Shown: in pieces, positions 19,854 to 29,183 of the stretch
Layout: every line of letters begins with the position of its first letter
Numbering within the stretch: the stretch's first letter is position 1
DNA from: an uncultured Candidatus Bathyarchaeia archaeon
GTDB lineage: Archaea; Thermoproteota; Bathyarchaeia; Bathyarchaeales; Bathycorpusculaceae
Length of the DNA stretch: 64,000 nt
Direction: 5' to 3'
Assembly: GCA_964487415.1 (NCBI GenBank)
Contig: CAZAPQ010000126.1
Coordinates: 2,320-66,319 of the forward strand
Made by a program: the position numbers and the translations under genes
Notes under the pieces: generated by a model
Seen by the model: only the letters and a program-made list of their open reading frames with translations
Databases searched by the model: none
Told to the model about the DNA's origin: nothing

Positions 19854-20432
19854 TTAACTTTCCAATTCAGCCCTGCAGTCTTCACAGATGAATTCTCCAT
19901 CCCTTTCCTTTAGGTTGTCTGACCATCCCCCGCATCTGTCGCAGTATCCCGCTAGGGAGGCCCCCTCTTCCGTTGCCGTTTGTGCTATGTGTTCTCTTTC
20001 TATTATGGCTTTTTCCTGGATTGTTTCTAAAAGTTCGGGCATCACACTTAAGATGTCCTTGCTTGAAATTAGTCCAACCAGTTGCCCTTTATATGTCACT
20101 CCGAGTCTCCTGATGTTCAATCTATTCATTTTTCTCGCCGCTTCATTTATTGTTTCGTCAGGCTCTATTGTTATTAGCGGGCTAGTCATGACATCCTTAG
20201 CCCTAACTGATTCCGGTTTTATGTTTTTGGCGAGAATCCTTGTGACCAGATCTCTCTCCGTTATGATCCCAATGGGTTTTCCATCCTTGCCCGTCACTAT
20301 TATGCAGCCTAATTCATGCTTGTCCATCAGTTCTGCAACGTGGTTTATTGATGCATTCTCATCAACTGTTATCACTGGATTAGTCATAACATCTTTGACT
20401 AGCATTCTTGGTCTCAACCCTATTTCCGCCAT
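19854..20432 (-). CDS. CBS-pair domain protein with C-terminal zinc ribbon
   Basis: Two CBS repeats (VMTNPVITV.., VMTSPLITI..) and CDRCG..CEDC. Confidence 0.75.
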   Translation of the reverse strand: MAEIGLRPRMLVKDVMTNPVITVDENASINHVAELMDKHELGCIIVTGKDGKPIGIITERDLVTRILAKNIKPESVRAKDVMTSPLITIEPDETINEAARKMNRLNIRRLGVTYKGQLVGLISSKDILSVMPELLETIQEKAIIEREHIAQTATEEGASLAGYCDRCGGWSDNLKERDGEFICEDCRAELES

Positions 20433-20568
20433 CGTCCTCAGCCAGATGTTCGCCTTCTTTATTCAATTCAAATTAAACGTACATTTAAAACTTGTCATAT
20501 CTTTAGAATAAAGTTTCTGCAAGAAGAAACATATATGGGTGGATGGTTTTGGTTAATTTGGGATATTC

Positions 20569-21456
20569 ATGTTGAGGACAAACGCGGATAAGTTGGTGAA
20601 AATCTCTGTAATTGGCGAAGTTGCAAGTCCAGTGTATAGAAACGTTTACAATGTTTCAGCTGAAGGGGTTCCCATGGTTTTGCCTGGTGTGGGAGGAATA
20701 ACCTATAATGTTAGGGTTGGCGATCCTGCATGTGGTTGGGAAGCTGATCATGTGGAACCCGGCGTTAGCATAGAAAACAAGGAAAATGATCCAAGTTTTG
20801 GACGAGGAGCAAATGTTGCCCTCAATGTACTTTCATGCGTTGGAAATGAGGCTGTTGTGTTTTCAGGAGACGCTAAGGGTGCAAGGGGTGTTGTGACGGG
20901 TAAGCATGGTGGGATAGAGCATGTGCTTGTTGACTTTCCGCGAGAGGTTCTTGAAAAGCTTATGATCGGTGATAAAGTGCTGGTGAAGGCTTTCGGGGTT
21001 GGCTTAAAACTTTTGGATTTTAGGGAAATCAAGGTTATAAATATGGACCCTCACTTTCTTGAAGCTTTAGGCATAAGGCCTGTTGGAGATAAGCTTGAGA
21101 TTCCTGTGACACATGTTATTCCTGCGGCAATTATGGGTTCAGGTTTGGGAGCGAATCAAACATATTCGGGAGATTATGATATTCAGCTTTTTGATGAAAG
21201 TATCTGCAGGGAATATGGTCTTGAGGATCTCCGGCTTGGCGATCTTGTAGCCATTCTTGATGCTGACCATTCTTACGGGAGAATCTATCGAAAAGGCGCT
21301 GTTTCAGTTGGTATAGTTGTGCATACGAACTCTGTGACTTCAGGCCATGGGCCCGGCGTGACAACATTGTTCACTTCCGCATCTGGCAAAATCATTCCTA
21401 AAATAGAATCAAAAGCTAACATAGCCTATGTGCTGAAGCTAAGGACAGATATATAA
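20569..21456 (+). CDS. Conserved hypothetical protein (DUF4438-like)
   Basis: 295-aa ORF with coding-like composition. The family call is from memory only. Confidence 0.4.
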   Translation: MLRTNADKLVKISVIGEVASPVYRNVYNVSAEGVPMVLPGVGGITYNVRVGDPACGWEADHVEPGVSIENKENDPSFGRGANVALNVLSCVGNEAVVFSGDAKGARGVVTGKHGGIEHVLVDFPREVLEKLMIGDKVLVKAFGVGLKLLDFREIKVINMDPHFLEALGIRPVGDKLEIPVTHVIPAAIMGSGLGANQTYSGDYDIQLFDESICREYGLEDLRLGDLVAILDADHSYGRIYRKGAVSVGIVVHTNSVTSGHGPGVTTLFTSASGKIIPKIESKANIAYVLKLRTDI

Positions 21457-21506
21457 GTACGAGAATGCTATCCTCTGATAGTAAATTATAATGGACTGTT
21501 GAGATT

Positions 21507-21797
21507 ATGCCATATAAGAGGAAGAGTCGGGGAAGATCAAAGGGTGCTAAGGGAAGAAGCGGGTTCGTCCAATGTGCCAACTGTGGGGAGCTGGTGCCAA
21601 GAGATAAAGCCAAGAAAGTCACCCGCCGAGTGTCCCTAGTTGATCCCGCCCTAGCCAGGGAACTTCGCCAGAAAGGTGCCTATATATCAGCTCCTGTTGA
21701 AACTAAATATTATTGCGTTTCATGTGCTGTTCACTATGGAATCGTTAAGGTTAGGGCCAGGGAAGAACGTAAGCTCCGCACTGGCAGAAGATTCTAG
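21507..21797 (+). CDS. rps26e: Ribosomal protein eS26
   Basis: MPYKRKSRGRSKGAKGRSGFVQCANCG..YCVSCAVH. Confidence 0.85.
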   Translation: MPYKRKSRGRSKGAKGRSGFVQCANCGELVPRDKAKKVTRRVSLVDPALARELRQKGAYISAPVETKYYCVSCAVHYGIVKVRAREERKLRTGRRF

Positions 21798-22396
21798 TTT
21801 GCAGTGTTTCCTCTTTTCTTTAGAATCTTATATACATAACTGCTCCTTTGTATAACTGTAAGATTTGTAAGAATTGCTAGCAATATGATGCCAACTTCCA
21901 ATGCCCCCGCCCAAAAAATCTCCATTATGCTTGTTGTTGCAAGAATGATTATTCTCTCCGCCCTTTCTGCAACCCCCACAGTCTCCATTTTAACAGATAG
22001 GGCCTCTGCCCTTGCTCTGGAGTAGCTTACAAGTAATGAACCTACAAGCGCCGCTAGCCCCCACATGGGCGAGCATAATCCTCCAAGAATTACTCCCGCA
22101 TAAATTAGGGCATCCGAGTATCTGTCCAATAGTGAATCAAGGAATCCTCCGAAGGGTGTTTCTTTTCCATATAGCCTTGCTAAGGCTCCGTCTAAGATAT
22201 CGCAATATCCTGATAGCAACATAGAAATTACTGCTGGGATAAGGAATTTGTGTCCGTTTGCGTAAGCCGCTGCTGATAGAAGTGCTAAAGCTGCTCCAAT
22301 AGCGCTTATGATGTTGGGCGTTAAACCTATCTTGTTGGCTATTTTTGCCTGTCCGGCTATGATTAACTGTACTTTAGCCTTAATCTTTGTCAGCAT
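21794..22396 (-). CDS. CDP-alcohol phosphatidyltransferase (archaetidyl-inositol/serine synthase family)
   Basis: DILDGALAR..G..LDSLLDRYSD signature; multi-TM; 200 aa. Confidence 0.8.
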   Translation of the reverse strand: MLTKIKAKVQLIIAGQAKIANKIGLTPNIISAIGAALALLSAAAYANGHKFLIPAVISMLLSGYCDILDGALARLYGKETPFGGFLDSLLDRYSDALIYAGVILGGLCSPMWGLAALVGSLLVSYSRARAEALSVKMETVGVAERAERIIILATTSIMEIFWAGALEVGIILLAILTNLTVIQRSSYVYKILKKRGNTAN

Positions 22397-22477
22397 GGTT
22401 TCAGATTTCTGTGTCGCTAATCTTTATTTAAGATTGACGTATAATTGTTAGTTGTGATCATCCTTGGAGGACTTTAT

Positions 22478-22771
22478 TTGATAAGTGTGGATTGTTTGAA
22501 GGTTGGCGATAAGACTTGCTTCGGAGTTAGAGTTGAACTTCCAGACTCGCCGCCGCTGGTTTTGATTGTTACTGAAAAGGGTTTCATAATGTGCGGTTTT
22601 CTGAACGTTGAGGTTGCAGAGGGTTTTGGTGTGGCTGCCGCCGTGGTTGGTGGAGTTAAAAACTTTGATGATGTTTTAAGTGGGCAGATTAAGGCTGTTA
22701 CCTCGAAGGCTAAAAGTCTCGGCATAGAGCTGGGCATGTCGGGTTTGGAAGCCTTAAAACGCATGTTGTAA
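22478..22771 (+). CDS. DUF1805 (YunC-like) domain protein
   Basis: PLVLIVTEKGFIMCGFLNV..VKNFDDVL pattern. The start is moved to TTG 22478, behind GGAGGA. Confidence 0.6.
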   Translation: MISVDCLKVGDKTCFGVRVELPDSPPLVLIVTEKGFIMCGFLNVEVAEGFGVAAAVVGGVKNFDDVLSGQIKAVTSKAKSLGIELGMSGLEALKRML

Positions 22772-22996
22772 GATGCTAAATTTTAGCTGGGATGCGAACT
22801 AACAAAATTGATAATCTCCCTATTTTCTTGAAAACAGCAAATATGGTCGCCCCTTATCGCGTAACGTAAACTATTAAGAGCATCAATTAACGAGGCGGCT
22901 CTATGTTCTTTTTTTATTCACTTTCTGTACTTGTTTTAGACATTTTATCCGATTAACTATTGTTTCTGGCTTTTTTATGTTTAAGCTTATAAATAC

Positions 22997-23623
22997 ATGC
23001 TGATGGAAACTAATTTTGGTGTGTCTTGCTTGTCTTTAAATGATGTTTTGGAAATGGTGGCTTCGGAGGTTAAGACGTGTACTAAATGTTCTCTTTGGCG
23101 TAACCGTAAAAACGCTGTTCCCGGTGAGGGAAATCCTAGCGCCAAAGTGGTGTTTGTGGGTGAGGCTCCAGGTTACTGGGAAGACGTTAAAGGTAAACCT
23201 TTCGTCGGTTCTGCTGGAAAATTTTTAGATATGCTTTTGGCTGAGGCTGGCCTTTCCCGAGGTGAAGTCTTCATAGGTAATGTTTTGAAGTGTAGGCCTC
23301 CAGGTAACAGGGAACCGTCCCAAGAGGAAATTAGGGCCTGCACGCCTTATTTGGATAGGCAGATAGTTGCCATAAAGCCAAAAATCATAGTAACCCTTGG
23401 TAATTATTCCACTGCCTACATTTTCTCTAAGGCTGGGCTTGCATTTAGCGGCATAACCCGTGCTCGCGGGGTTTTCTATGAAGCGAATATTCTGGGTCTA
23501 CTTGTTACGTTTTTTCCAACATTGCATCCAGCAGCCGGGCTTTACAGCGCCGCATACAAGCAGCTTCTCATGGCGGATTTTAGAAAACTCGGAGCGAGGC
23601 TTAATGAGTTGGGGCTGGCCTAA
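22997..23623 (+). CDS. udg: Uracil-DNA glycosylase, family 4
   Basis: CTKCSL..VPGEGNPSAKVVFVGEAPG..CRPPGNR..HPAA motifs. Confidence 0.8.
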   Translation: MLMETNFGVSCLSLNDVLEMVASEVKTCTKCSLWRNRKNAVPGEGNPSAKVVFVGEAPGYWEDVKGKPFVGSAGKFLDMLLAEAGLSRGEVFIGNVLKCRPPGNREPSQEEIRACTPYLDRQIVAIKPKIIVTLGNYSTAYIFSKAGLAFSGITRARGVFYEANILGLLVTFFPTLHPAAGLYSAAYKQLLMADFRKLGARLNELGLA

Positions 23624-24552
23624 TCCATTTTAATGGCGGACTTTAAGGCTCTAAGCAGTTCTTCGACGTTCCCAAAAGTTTTTGAAGGCAGTTTAGCCAG
23701 TAACTCTGCAAGCCGAACCTGTTTTCCCTCCTCAATTTCTACAAGTCTCCACCCGATTTTTTTAACTAGTACACTTTTAGGCGCTGGATAACGCGTTTTC
23801 TCCACAACACTTCTAACGGAATCCAACCCAACTGAACCTGTGATTTTTGGAAAACTTCCTTTAGATAGATAATGCATAAAACGCAGGCCATCCTCAAACA
23901 TGGAAAGATTATTAAAAAGTACATAAACTATTTTGCCCTCATCTTCAAAGGGTTTAACGAGTTCCAAAAGCCTTTGCAGTTCTACGTCACTGTACTGGTA
24001 GTAGTAAAGCTCCTCGCCCAAGCCATGAAGCCTAAAGTAGGCTATTTTGCTGGTATATGCTGGCATAAGCCTAAACGGATCCGTCACATGCACCACATCT
24101 AGTGCGCTTAAGATTTCGCCAAGTTTTTCATGTATTTCCTGCTTTTCCCACTCCGGTCCACGGGTCTCCCACATTAGAACCAGGTCTTCACGTTCTATTC
24201 CTTTAAAGAATCTTTCAGCAGCGTCAAGTTTATCTGGTCTAAAGGAGCCGGGTGTCTGAATAAGCAGTATCTTCGAATTTAATGCTTTGCATATTTGCTT
24301 CATTCGTTCAAAAGCTTGAAGACTAACGTCGTCCAACCTCATTTTAGACTTGTGACTTATATCCTGATGGGCTTTAACTGTGAACTCGAAGTTTTCCGGA
24401 GCTTTTTCACGCCAGCCTTTCACCGTTTCTATTCGCGGGTATTCGTAAAAAGTGCTGTTTAACTCAACCAGCTTATAGTTTTCAAAATATCGTTTCATTG
24501 ATGTTGGAAATCCGCAACATCCAACTTTGATCATGGCATATGGGCCTGCCAT
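23620..24552 (-). CDS. DUF72 family protein with C-terminal extension
   Basis: GCCGFPTSMKRYFENYKLVELNSTFY pattern. Its ATG overlaps the TGA of the upstream gene (TGATG). Confidence 0.7.
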   Translation of the reverse strand: MAGPYAMIKVGCCGFPTSMKRYFENYKLVELNSTFYEYPRIETVKGWREKAPENFEFTVKAHQDISHKSKMRLDDVSLQAFERMKQICKALNSKILLIQTPGSFRPDKLDAAERFFKGIEREDLVLMWETRGPEWEKQEIHEKLGEILSALDVVHVTDPFRLMPAYTSKIAYFRLHGLGEELYYYQYSDVELQRLLELVKPFEDEGKIVYVLFNNLSMFEDGLRFMHYLSKGSFPKITGSVGLDSVRSVVEKTRYPAPKSVLVKKIGWRLVEIEEGKQVRLAELLAKLPSKTFGNVEELLRALKSAIKMD

Positions 24553-25343
24553 CAAGTGCTAACTTTTGGGGGCGGACGTAAATGCCTCCCCAGTTTTTTG
24601 TGTAGGGCTATTCTGTAAAGTTTTCTCAAAGACTTTATAAGCTGCTCCACGCTGGGCAGAGGAGTGTATAGCAAAGGTATGCGGTCATACTGTGCCAATC
24701 GGATGGAATACTCGTCAGGCTTAAATCCATGGTATACGGCAACTTTAGGTTTTAAGCTGCTCATCCTAACAAGCATCATAGGCGAAATTCTATTTTCAAT
24801 ATTTGTGAAAATGAGAGCTCTTTCTGTAGTGGCGCCAAAAAGTTGAGCATATTCAAAGCCGGAGAGGGTTTCCACAGCTTTCCCGCTATCTACGACAGTA
24901 TACCCCCGAACCTCTCCAACATTAGAACTTGAGCATACAACGATTTCCCCTCTAATAGCCTTGCATAAGTATTCCACACGAACTGGCATGGGGAATTCCC
25001 GCAGATCCAAAACAGCCATGCTTGGAGAGCTTGTTAAGATGGCGAACTCCCTTATGAAGCGGCCTCCACGTTCTTCATCAATTTGTAGAAGAGCCCAAAT
25101 GAACTTTCGCACGAACCTCGTTCCCGGGTTTTTCCTTCTGCCGCTTTCATAATCACTTATAACCGAAGGTGAAAGAAGCATCTTCTCGGAGAGTGTTGCT
25201 TGGGAAACGGCAAAAAGCTCCCTCCATTTACGCATGGTCGCTCCTGGCTTATTTGAAAGGATAATCTCGCCGGCGATTCTCCTTGCTAGAACTTCGCGAA
25301 CACTAGGAGATGTGGACATAAGATCGCTACCAGCCTGCCCCAT
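24552..25343 (-). CDS. XRE-type HTH transcriptional regulator (archaeal COG1709-like)
   Basis: MRKWRELFAVSQATLSEKMLLSPSVISDYESGRR HTH; translationally coupled to the DUF72 gene. Confidence 0.55.
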   Translation of the reverse strand: MGQAGSDLMSTSPSVREVLARRIAGEIILSNKPGATMRKWRELFAVSQATLSEKMLLSPSVISDYESGRRKNPGTRFVRKFIWALLQIDEERGGRFIREFAILTSSPSMAVLDLREFPMPVRVEYLCKAIRGEIVVCSSSNVGEVRGYTVVDSGKAVETLSGFEYAQLFGATTERALIFTNIENRISPMMLVRMSSLKPKVAVYHGFKPDEYSIRLAQYDRIPLLYTPLPSVEQLIKSLRKLYRIALHKKLGRHLRPPPKVST

Positions 25344-25440
25344 TTTCTCCCTACGGAATCAAAAATATAAAGTATGCTAGCTATGATAATCTCATGTCAC
25401 TTCCTATGGAATGAATATACTATTTTGCATAAATCACAAA

Positions 25441-26334
25441 TTAAATGATGAAAATTAGAACTGTTCCAGCTACAACCATTACGGAGCCTAAACCGACGCT
25501 CGCTGTCACTTTTTCATGCAGAAATATCGCTCCCAATAGTGTTGAAAAAAGCGGCGTTGTAGAGGAAATAGGAACAGCTTGCGACTCTGAGATGTAGGCA
25601 AAACTTAAGATCAGGAAAAACCACCCTATTCCTAAGGCGATAATACCTCCTGACAATATCATGGCTAAAACCTTTCTCTTTATCTTGAAAAAGCCTAAAC
25701 CCCTATGAGTTATTGGCGCAATCACAAGCAAAATAGCGGCTATTGATATCACACGCAGAGTATTTATTGCCAACGCATGCTCAAGATCCGGGGTCTCTTG
25801 TAAGGCTAGATTCACCATAAAAATGCTTATAGACCAAATGACCGCCGTAGCCAATGCAATAACAATTCCCTTAATTAAAGAGTCCTTCCGCTCATTTTCA
25901 ACCCCTTTGCCTCTTTCATAGCTTAGAAGCCATATCCCTAAAACAATCGTAAAAGCAGCTAAAACAACCTGAAATGTTACTTCCTCTTTAGCTAGCAAAA
26001 CAGCCCAAATGATATTGAAAAGTGGATAGGTGCATGTGAGAGGTACAGCCCTACTTACTCCCAGTTTTTTCAAACTTAAAAGATAAAGGGTGTCGCCCAG
26101 TCCCAAACCCACAAGTCCACTTGTAGAGGCTAGTAAAAGTGCATGAATAGAGATGCTTGTTAAAGTTTTAAATCCAATTAAAGCTATGCAGAAAAGAAGA
26201 AATAATCCTGCCCCGAGGCACCGTATGGTATTGACTGGTAGGGGCTTAGTTTCGACTAAAGCTTTTTTATAGAGTATTGCTGAAGCAGTCCAACAAATAG
26301 CAGCGCCCAGCGCTGCGAATTCACCTATCATCAA
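25441..26334 (-). CDS. EamA/DMT-family transporter
   Basis: 297 aa with about 10 predicted TM helices in two repeated halves. Confidence 0.75.
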   Translation of the reverse strand: MMIGEFAALGAAICWTASAILYKKALVETKPLPVNTIRCLGAGLFLLFCIALIGFKTLTSISIHALLLASTSGLVGLGLGDTLYLLSLKKLGVSRAVPLTCTYPLFNIIWAVLLAKEEVTFQVVLAAFTIVLGIWLLSYERGKGVENERKDSLIKGIVIALATAVIWSISIFMVNLALQETPDLEHALAINTLRVISIAAILLVIAPITHRGLGFFKIKRKVLAMILSGGIIALGIGWFFLILSFAYISESQAVPISSTTPLFSTLLGAIFLHEKVTASVGLGSVMVVAGTVLIFII

Positions 26335-26409
26335 ATCACCATTTATGCTTAGATGCTATCGCTAAAGCTGTTAAATACTTAAATGTTTCATAATATCTGT
26401 TCGGTTGAT

Positions 26410-27108
26410 ATGAACTTCGCAGTTTACTGGTGCGCAGAAGCCGTAAAACTGTTCCCCAAACTTTCTCTTGGAATCGGCATAATCAGAAATGTACATGTGG
26501 AAAGGGAAAACGAGAAAATCAAAGAATTAAAGAGAATGGCTTACGAAGAGGTAAGAGCCAAATACGAAATTGAGAAATTAAAGGATAACCCTATAATAAG
26601 AGCCTATAGAGACTTTTACTGGAAACTGAATATAGATCCAACAAAGGTTAGACCATCAGGAGAAGCGTTGCTTAGGAGAGTTTTACATGGCAATGAGCTT
26701 CCAGTAATATCCACAGCTGTTGATGCCTATAACTTAGCTTCTATGAAAACCATGATTCCGGTGAGCGGCTTTGACCTTGAAAAACTTAAACCTCCATTTA
26801 ATGTGCGGTTTGCAAATAGAGGCGAGGAGTTCCTTGGCATTGGAATGGAAAAGTCCATCACTTTAACAGAAAAAATGCTTGTTTTGTCTGATAGGGAAAG
26901 GATTCTGTGCATCTATCCCTATAGAGATGCAGACTATACGAAAATTACAGAGAAAACAAGGAATATTTTGATTGTTGGCTATGGTGTTCCCGGAATAGAA
27001 CGGCAACAACTCTTGGAAGCTGTTGAAACAGCCTTATCCTATATCCAAGCAGTTTCAGGCGGGGAGATTGAAATGCTTAAGGTTTTTAACCCCTCCCAAA
27101 ATGCATAG
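26410..27108 (+). CDS. B3/B4 tRNA-binding domain protein (PheT-related)
   Basis: NPIIRAYRDFYWKLNIDPTKVRPSGEALLRRV..ISTAVDAYNLASM pattern; start set at ATG 26410. Confidence 0.65.
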   Translation: MNFAVYWCAEAVKLFPKLSLGIGIIRNVHVERENEKIKELKRMAYEEVRAKYEIEKLKDNPIIRAYRDFYWKLNIDPTKVRPSGEALLRRVLHGNELPVISTAVDAYNLASMKTMIPVSGFDLEKLKPPFNVRFANRGEEFLGIGMEKSITLTEKMLVLSDRERILCIYPYRDADYTKITEKTRNILIVGYGVPGIERQQLLEAVETALSYIQAVSGGEIEMLKVFNPSQNA

Positions 27109-27137
27109 GGTGTTGTTAGTTGTTCTTTAAGGTTAAG

Positions 27138-27899
27138 ATGGAGGAAACTTCAAGGTTTAAGGAATCTAATATTGTCTTGGCCTTGGATTTTCCTTTTGAG
27201 CGGCTTGAAAACCGTGAATCTCTATATATTCGGGCAGAAAGCCTCATCGAAAGGGTGCATCCCTACATTTGCGCTGTAAAATTCAATCATCATTTAACGC
27301 TCCCTCTGGGCTTGTTTGATGGTATTAAAAGGCTGATAAAAAAGGCCCACGACAAGGGACTATTAACAATCATGGACTGCAAGATCAATGATATAGGCTC
27401 TACAAATGAGGTGATTGCTGAGTATTATTATGCGGCTGGTTTTGATGCACTCATAGCCAACCCTTTCGTAGGATGGGATGAAGGACTAGAACCAGTGTTC
27501 AAGGTGGCTAAGGCTCTCAATAAGGGTGTAATACTGTTAGTCTATATGAGCCACAAGGGAGTGGCTGAAGGCTATGGCCAAACAGTTCTAGATTATGATA
27601 CAGGAAAGGAAACCCCTCAATATGTCCTATTTGCAAAAAGGGCTTTGAAATGGGGTGCAGACGGGGTCGTAGTTGGCGCTACATACCCTGAAAAGGTAAG
27701 GGAAGTTTTTGGGATGCTTAAAGATGAAGTTCCAATATATTCACCGGGAATAGGCGTTCAGGGAGGCAAAATAGAATCCGCCTTAAAGGCAGGTGCCCGT
27801 TATCTTATTGTTGGACGTGCTATAACACTTTCAAATAATCCTAGCGAATCCGCCGAAAAAATTAGAAATATTGCAAGAGCGCTTAAAAAGTCGGTTTAA
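27138..27899 (+). CDS. pyrF: Orotidine-5'-phosphate decarboxylase
   Basis: NIVLALDFP, MDCKINDIGSTN (DxKxxDI), IVGRAI motifs; start set at ATG 27138. Confidence 0.75.
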   Translation: MEETSRFKESNIVLALDFPFERLENRESLYIRAESLIERVHPYICAVKFNHHLTLPLGLFDGIKRLIKKAHDKGLLTIMDCKINDIGSTNEVIAEYYYAAGFDALIANPFVGWDEGLEPVFKVAKALNKGVILLVYMSHKGVAEGYGQTVLDYDTGKETPQYVLFAKRALKWGADGVVVGATYPEKVREVFGMLKDEVPIYSPGIGVQGGKIESALKAGARYLIVGRAITLSNNPSESAEKIRNIARALKKSV

Positions 27900-27901
27900 A
27901 G

Positions 27902-28054
27902 CTATCTTTCCCTTCGTTCCCATAATTCCTTCTTAAGCAGATCCCTTACAGCTGATCTTATCGCAGCGCTCCTGCTTGGGTACATGTTAGCCCTCACAAG
28001 CTCATCTAAACCTTCAAGATAGGCTTCAGGCAACAATACTGTAACAAGTTTCAT
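27902..28054 (-). CDS. Ribbon-helix-helix (CopG/NikR-type) DNA-binding protein
   Basis: MKLVTVLLPEAYLEGLDELV..YPSRSAAIRSAVRDLL is a typical RHH pattern. The ATG at 28054 is preferred over the ORF-track start. Confidence 0.6.
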   Translation of the reverse strand: MKLVTVLLPEAYLEGLDELVRANMYPSRSAAIRSAVRDLLKKELWERRER

Positions 28055-28105
28055 GCTCCCTTCTCCTCGGCATATTATATACATATTATGCTGCAAATAT
28101 AAAAT

Positions 28106-28462
28106 TTAATAGTTTCCCCAAACGACTTTTTCATTTACTTCTCGAAGGTCCCTCATTATTCTCTGAAATGTTTCCGATATATCTTCTACGCGCATTGCGC
28201 GTCGGCATAACCCCTCTTGTATTGTTCCGGCGGCAATCAATAGACTTCCAAGAATGTCGCTTATCAAAGGCTCAGGGAAAACTATTAATGCTAAACCGAG
28301 CTTGATGAGCCATGGTTTATTTCCGTTCTTCCATAGCTTTTTGGTAGTCCTGACCTCCTCCACAGTTTCCTTTAATATCCTCAAAAAATCCGTGTAACTC
28401 TCGCTCATTTCATTTGATATTTTGGGTATGTTTGAAATTGCTTTAACATCATTTGATTTCAT
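28106..28462 (-). CDS. Hypothetical membrane-associated protein
   Basis: 118 aa with a central hydrophobic segment WLIKLGLALIVFPEPLISDILGSLLIAAG. No family recognised. Confidence 0.4.
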   Translation of the reverse strand: MKSNDVKAISNIPKISNEMSESYTDFLRILKETVEEVRTTKKLWKNGNKPWLIKLGLALIVFPEPLISDILGSLLIAAGTIQEGLCRRAMRVEDISETFQRIMRDLREVNEKVVWGNY

Positions 28463-28712
28463 TTTGATCCCGTTAAGACTTTTTCGTTTCGGAAGAGAAA
28501 AACTTTAACGCCCAAGAGTCTCCTTTTTCGGGTTGCTTCGCTCAGCATGAAGCTTTAAGTTTTAAAGTTTTACTTCAAAATTGGGGCTTATTGTTATGGT
28601 TTTTGTACTGCGTATTGAAAATATTTGTTAAGAAGAATTTTGCAGCAACAAAAATGTTATTTTACAATTAGAAAGAATGTAACCATTGGTTTACCAATAG
28701 CAAGGTGTCACA

Positions 28713-29183
28713 TTGGGCAATAAGCATTATGGATTTATTCTGATATCAGATGAAAAATGGTGGCGGAGGCTTTGCGAAAGAGTTAAGGATCCTCGTGAAG
28801 TTTATGCGTTTGTACGCAGAGGCCAAGTAGGACCTGTTAATGCTAAAAAACTTCTTTTTTATGTCAAACGTCCAGTGATGCAGGTTCAGGGAACCTCGGA
28901 TTTTGTTGAGCGGATAGCTGGAGACTGTCAAAAGCTTTGGGAAAGGTATGGGCACGAAACATGTCTAAAATCATATAAAGAGTACCTAGATTTTCTCCGC
29001 GGAAACAGCAAAGCTACCTTCATTAGGTTCACAAACTTTCATAAACTTGAGATTCCTGTTTCATTAGAGCTATTGAAGAGAATTTTGGGATTTTCAGTTA
29101 TGCCTAGAGGCGGTAAATATATATGCTGGGAGGACGTGAATCAGATAACCGCTGAAGGATGTTTCGCCCATGGAAAGGTTTGA
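28713..29183 (+). CDS. Hypothetical protein, possibly PUA-like/ASCH-type fold
   Basis: 156 aa. The pattern LLFYVKRPV..LWERYG..YKEYLDFL..FIRF resembles ASCH-like proteins (weak, from memory). Overlaps the next gene by 14 nt. Confidence 0.3.
   Translation: MGNKHYGFILISDEKWWRRLCERVKDPREVYAFVRRGQVGPVNAKKLLFYVKRPVMQVQGTSDFVERIAGDCQKLWERYGHETCLKSYKEYLDFLRGNSKATFIRFTNFHKLEIPVSLELLKRILGFSVMPRGGKYICWEDVNQITAEGCFAHGKV

Noticed and set aside
19888-20511. Long antisense ORFs, for example 19888..20511(+), 36641..37072(+), 43726..44292(-), 44816..45301(-), 8459..8836(+) and 31621..31959(+).
   Set aside because: Each lies opposite a gene with clear family motifs and has low-complexity, Ser/Leu/Pro-rich translations, so these are shadow ORFs.
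27902-28462. A type II toxin-antitoxin call for the RHH gene and its 118-aa neighbour.
   Set aside because: The gene order is atypical, the partner looks membrane-associated and no toxin fold is recognisable. It is kept only as a low-interest observation.
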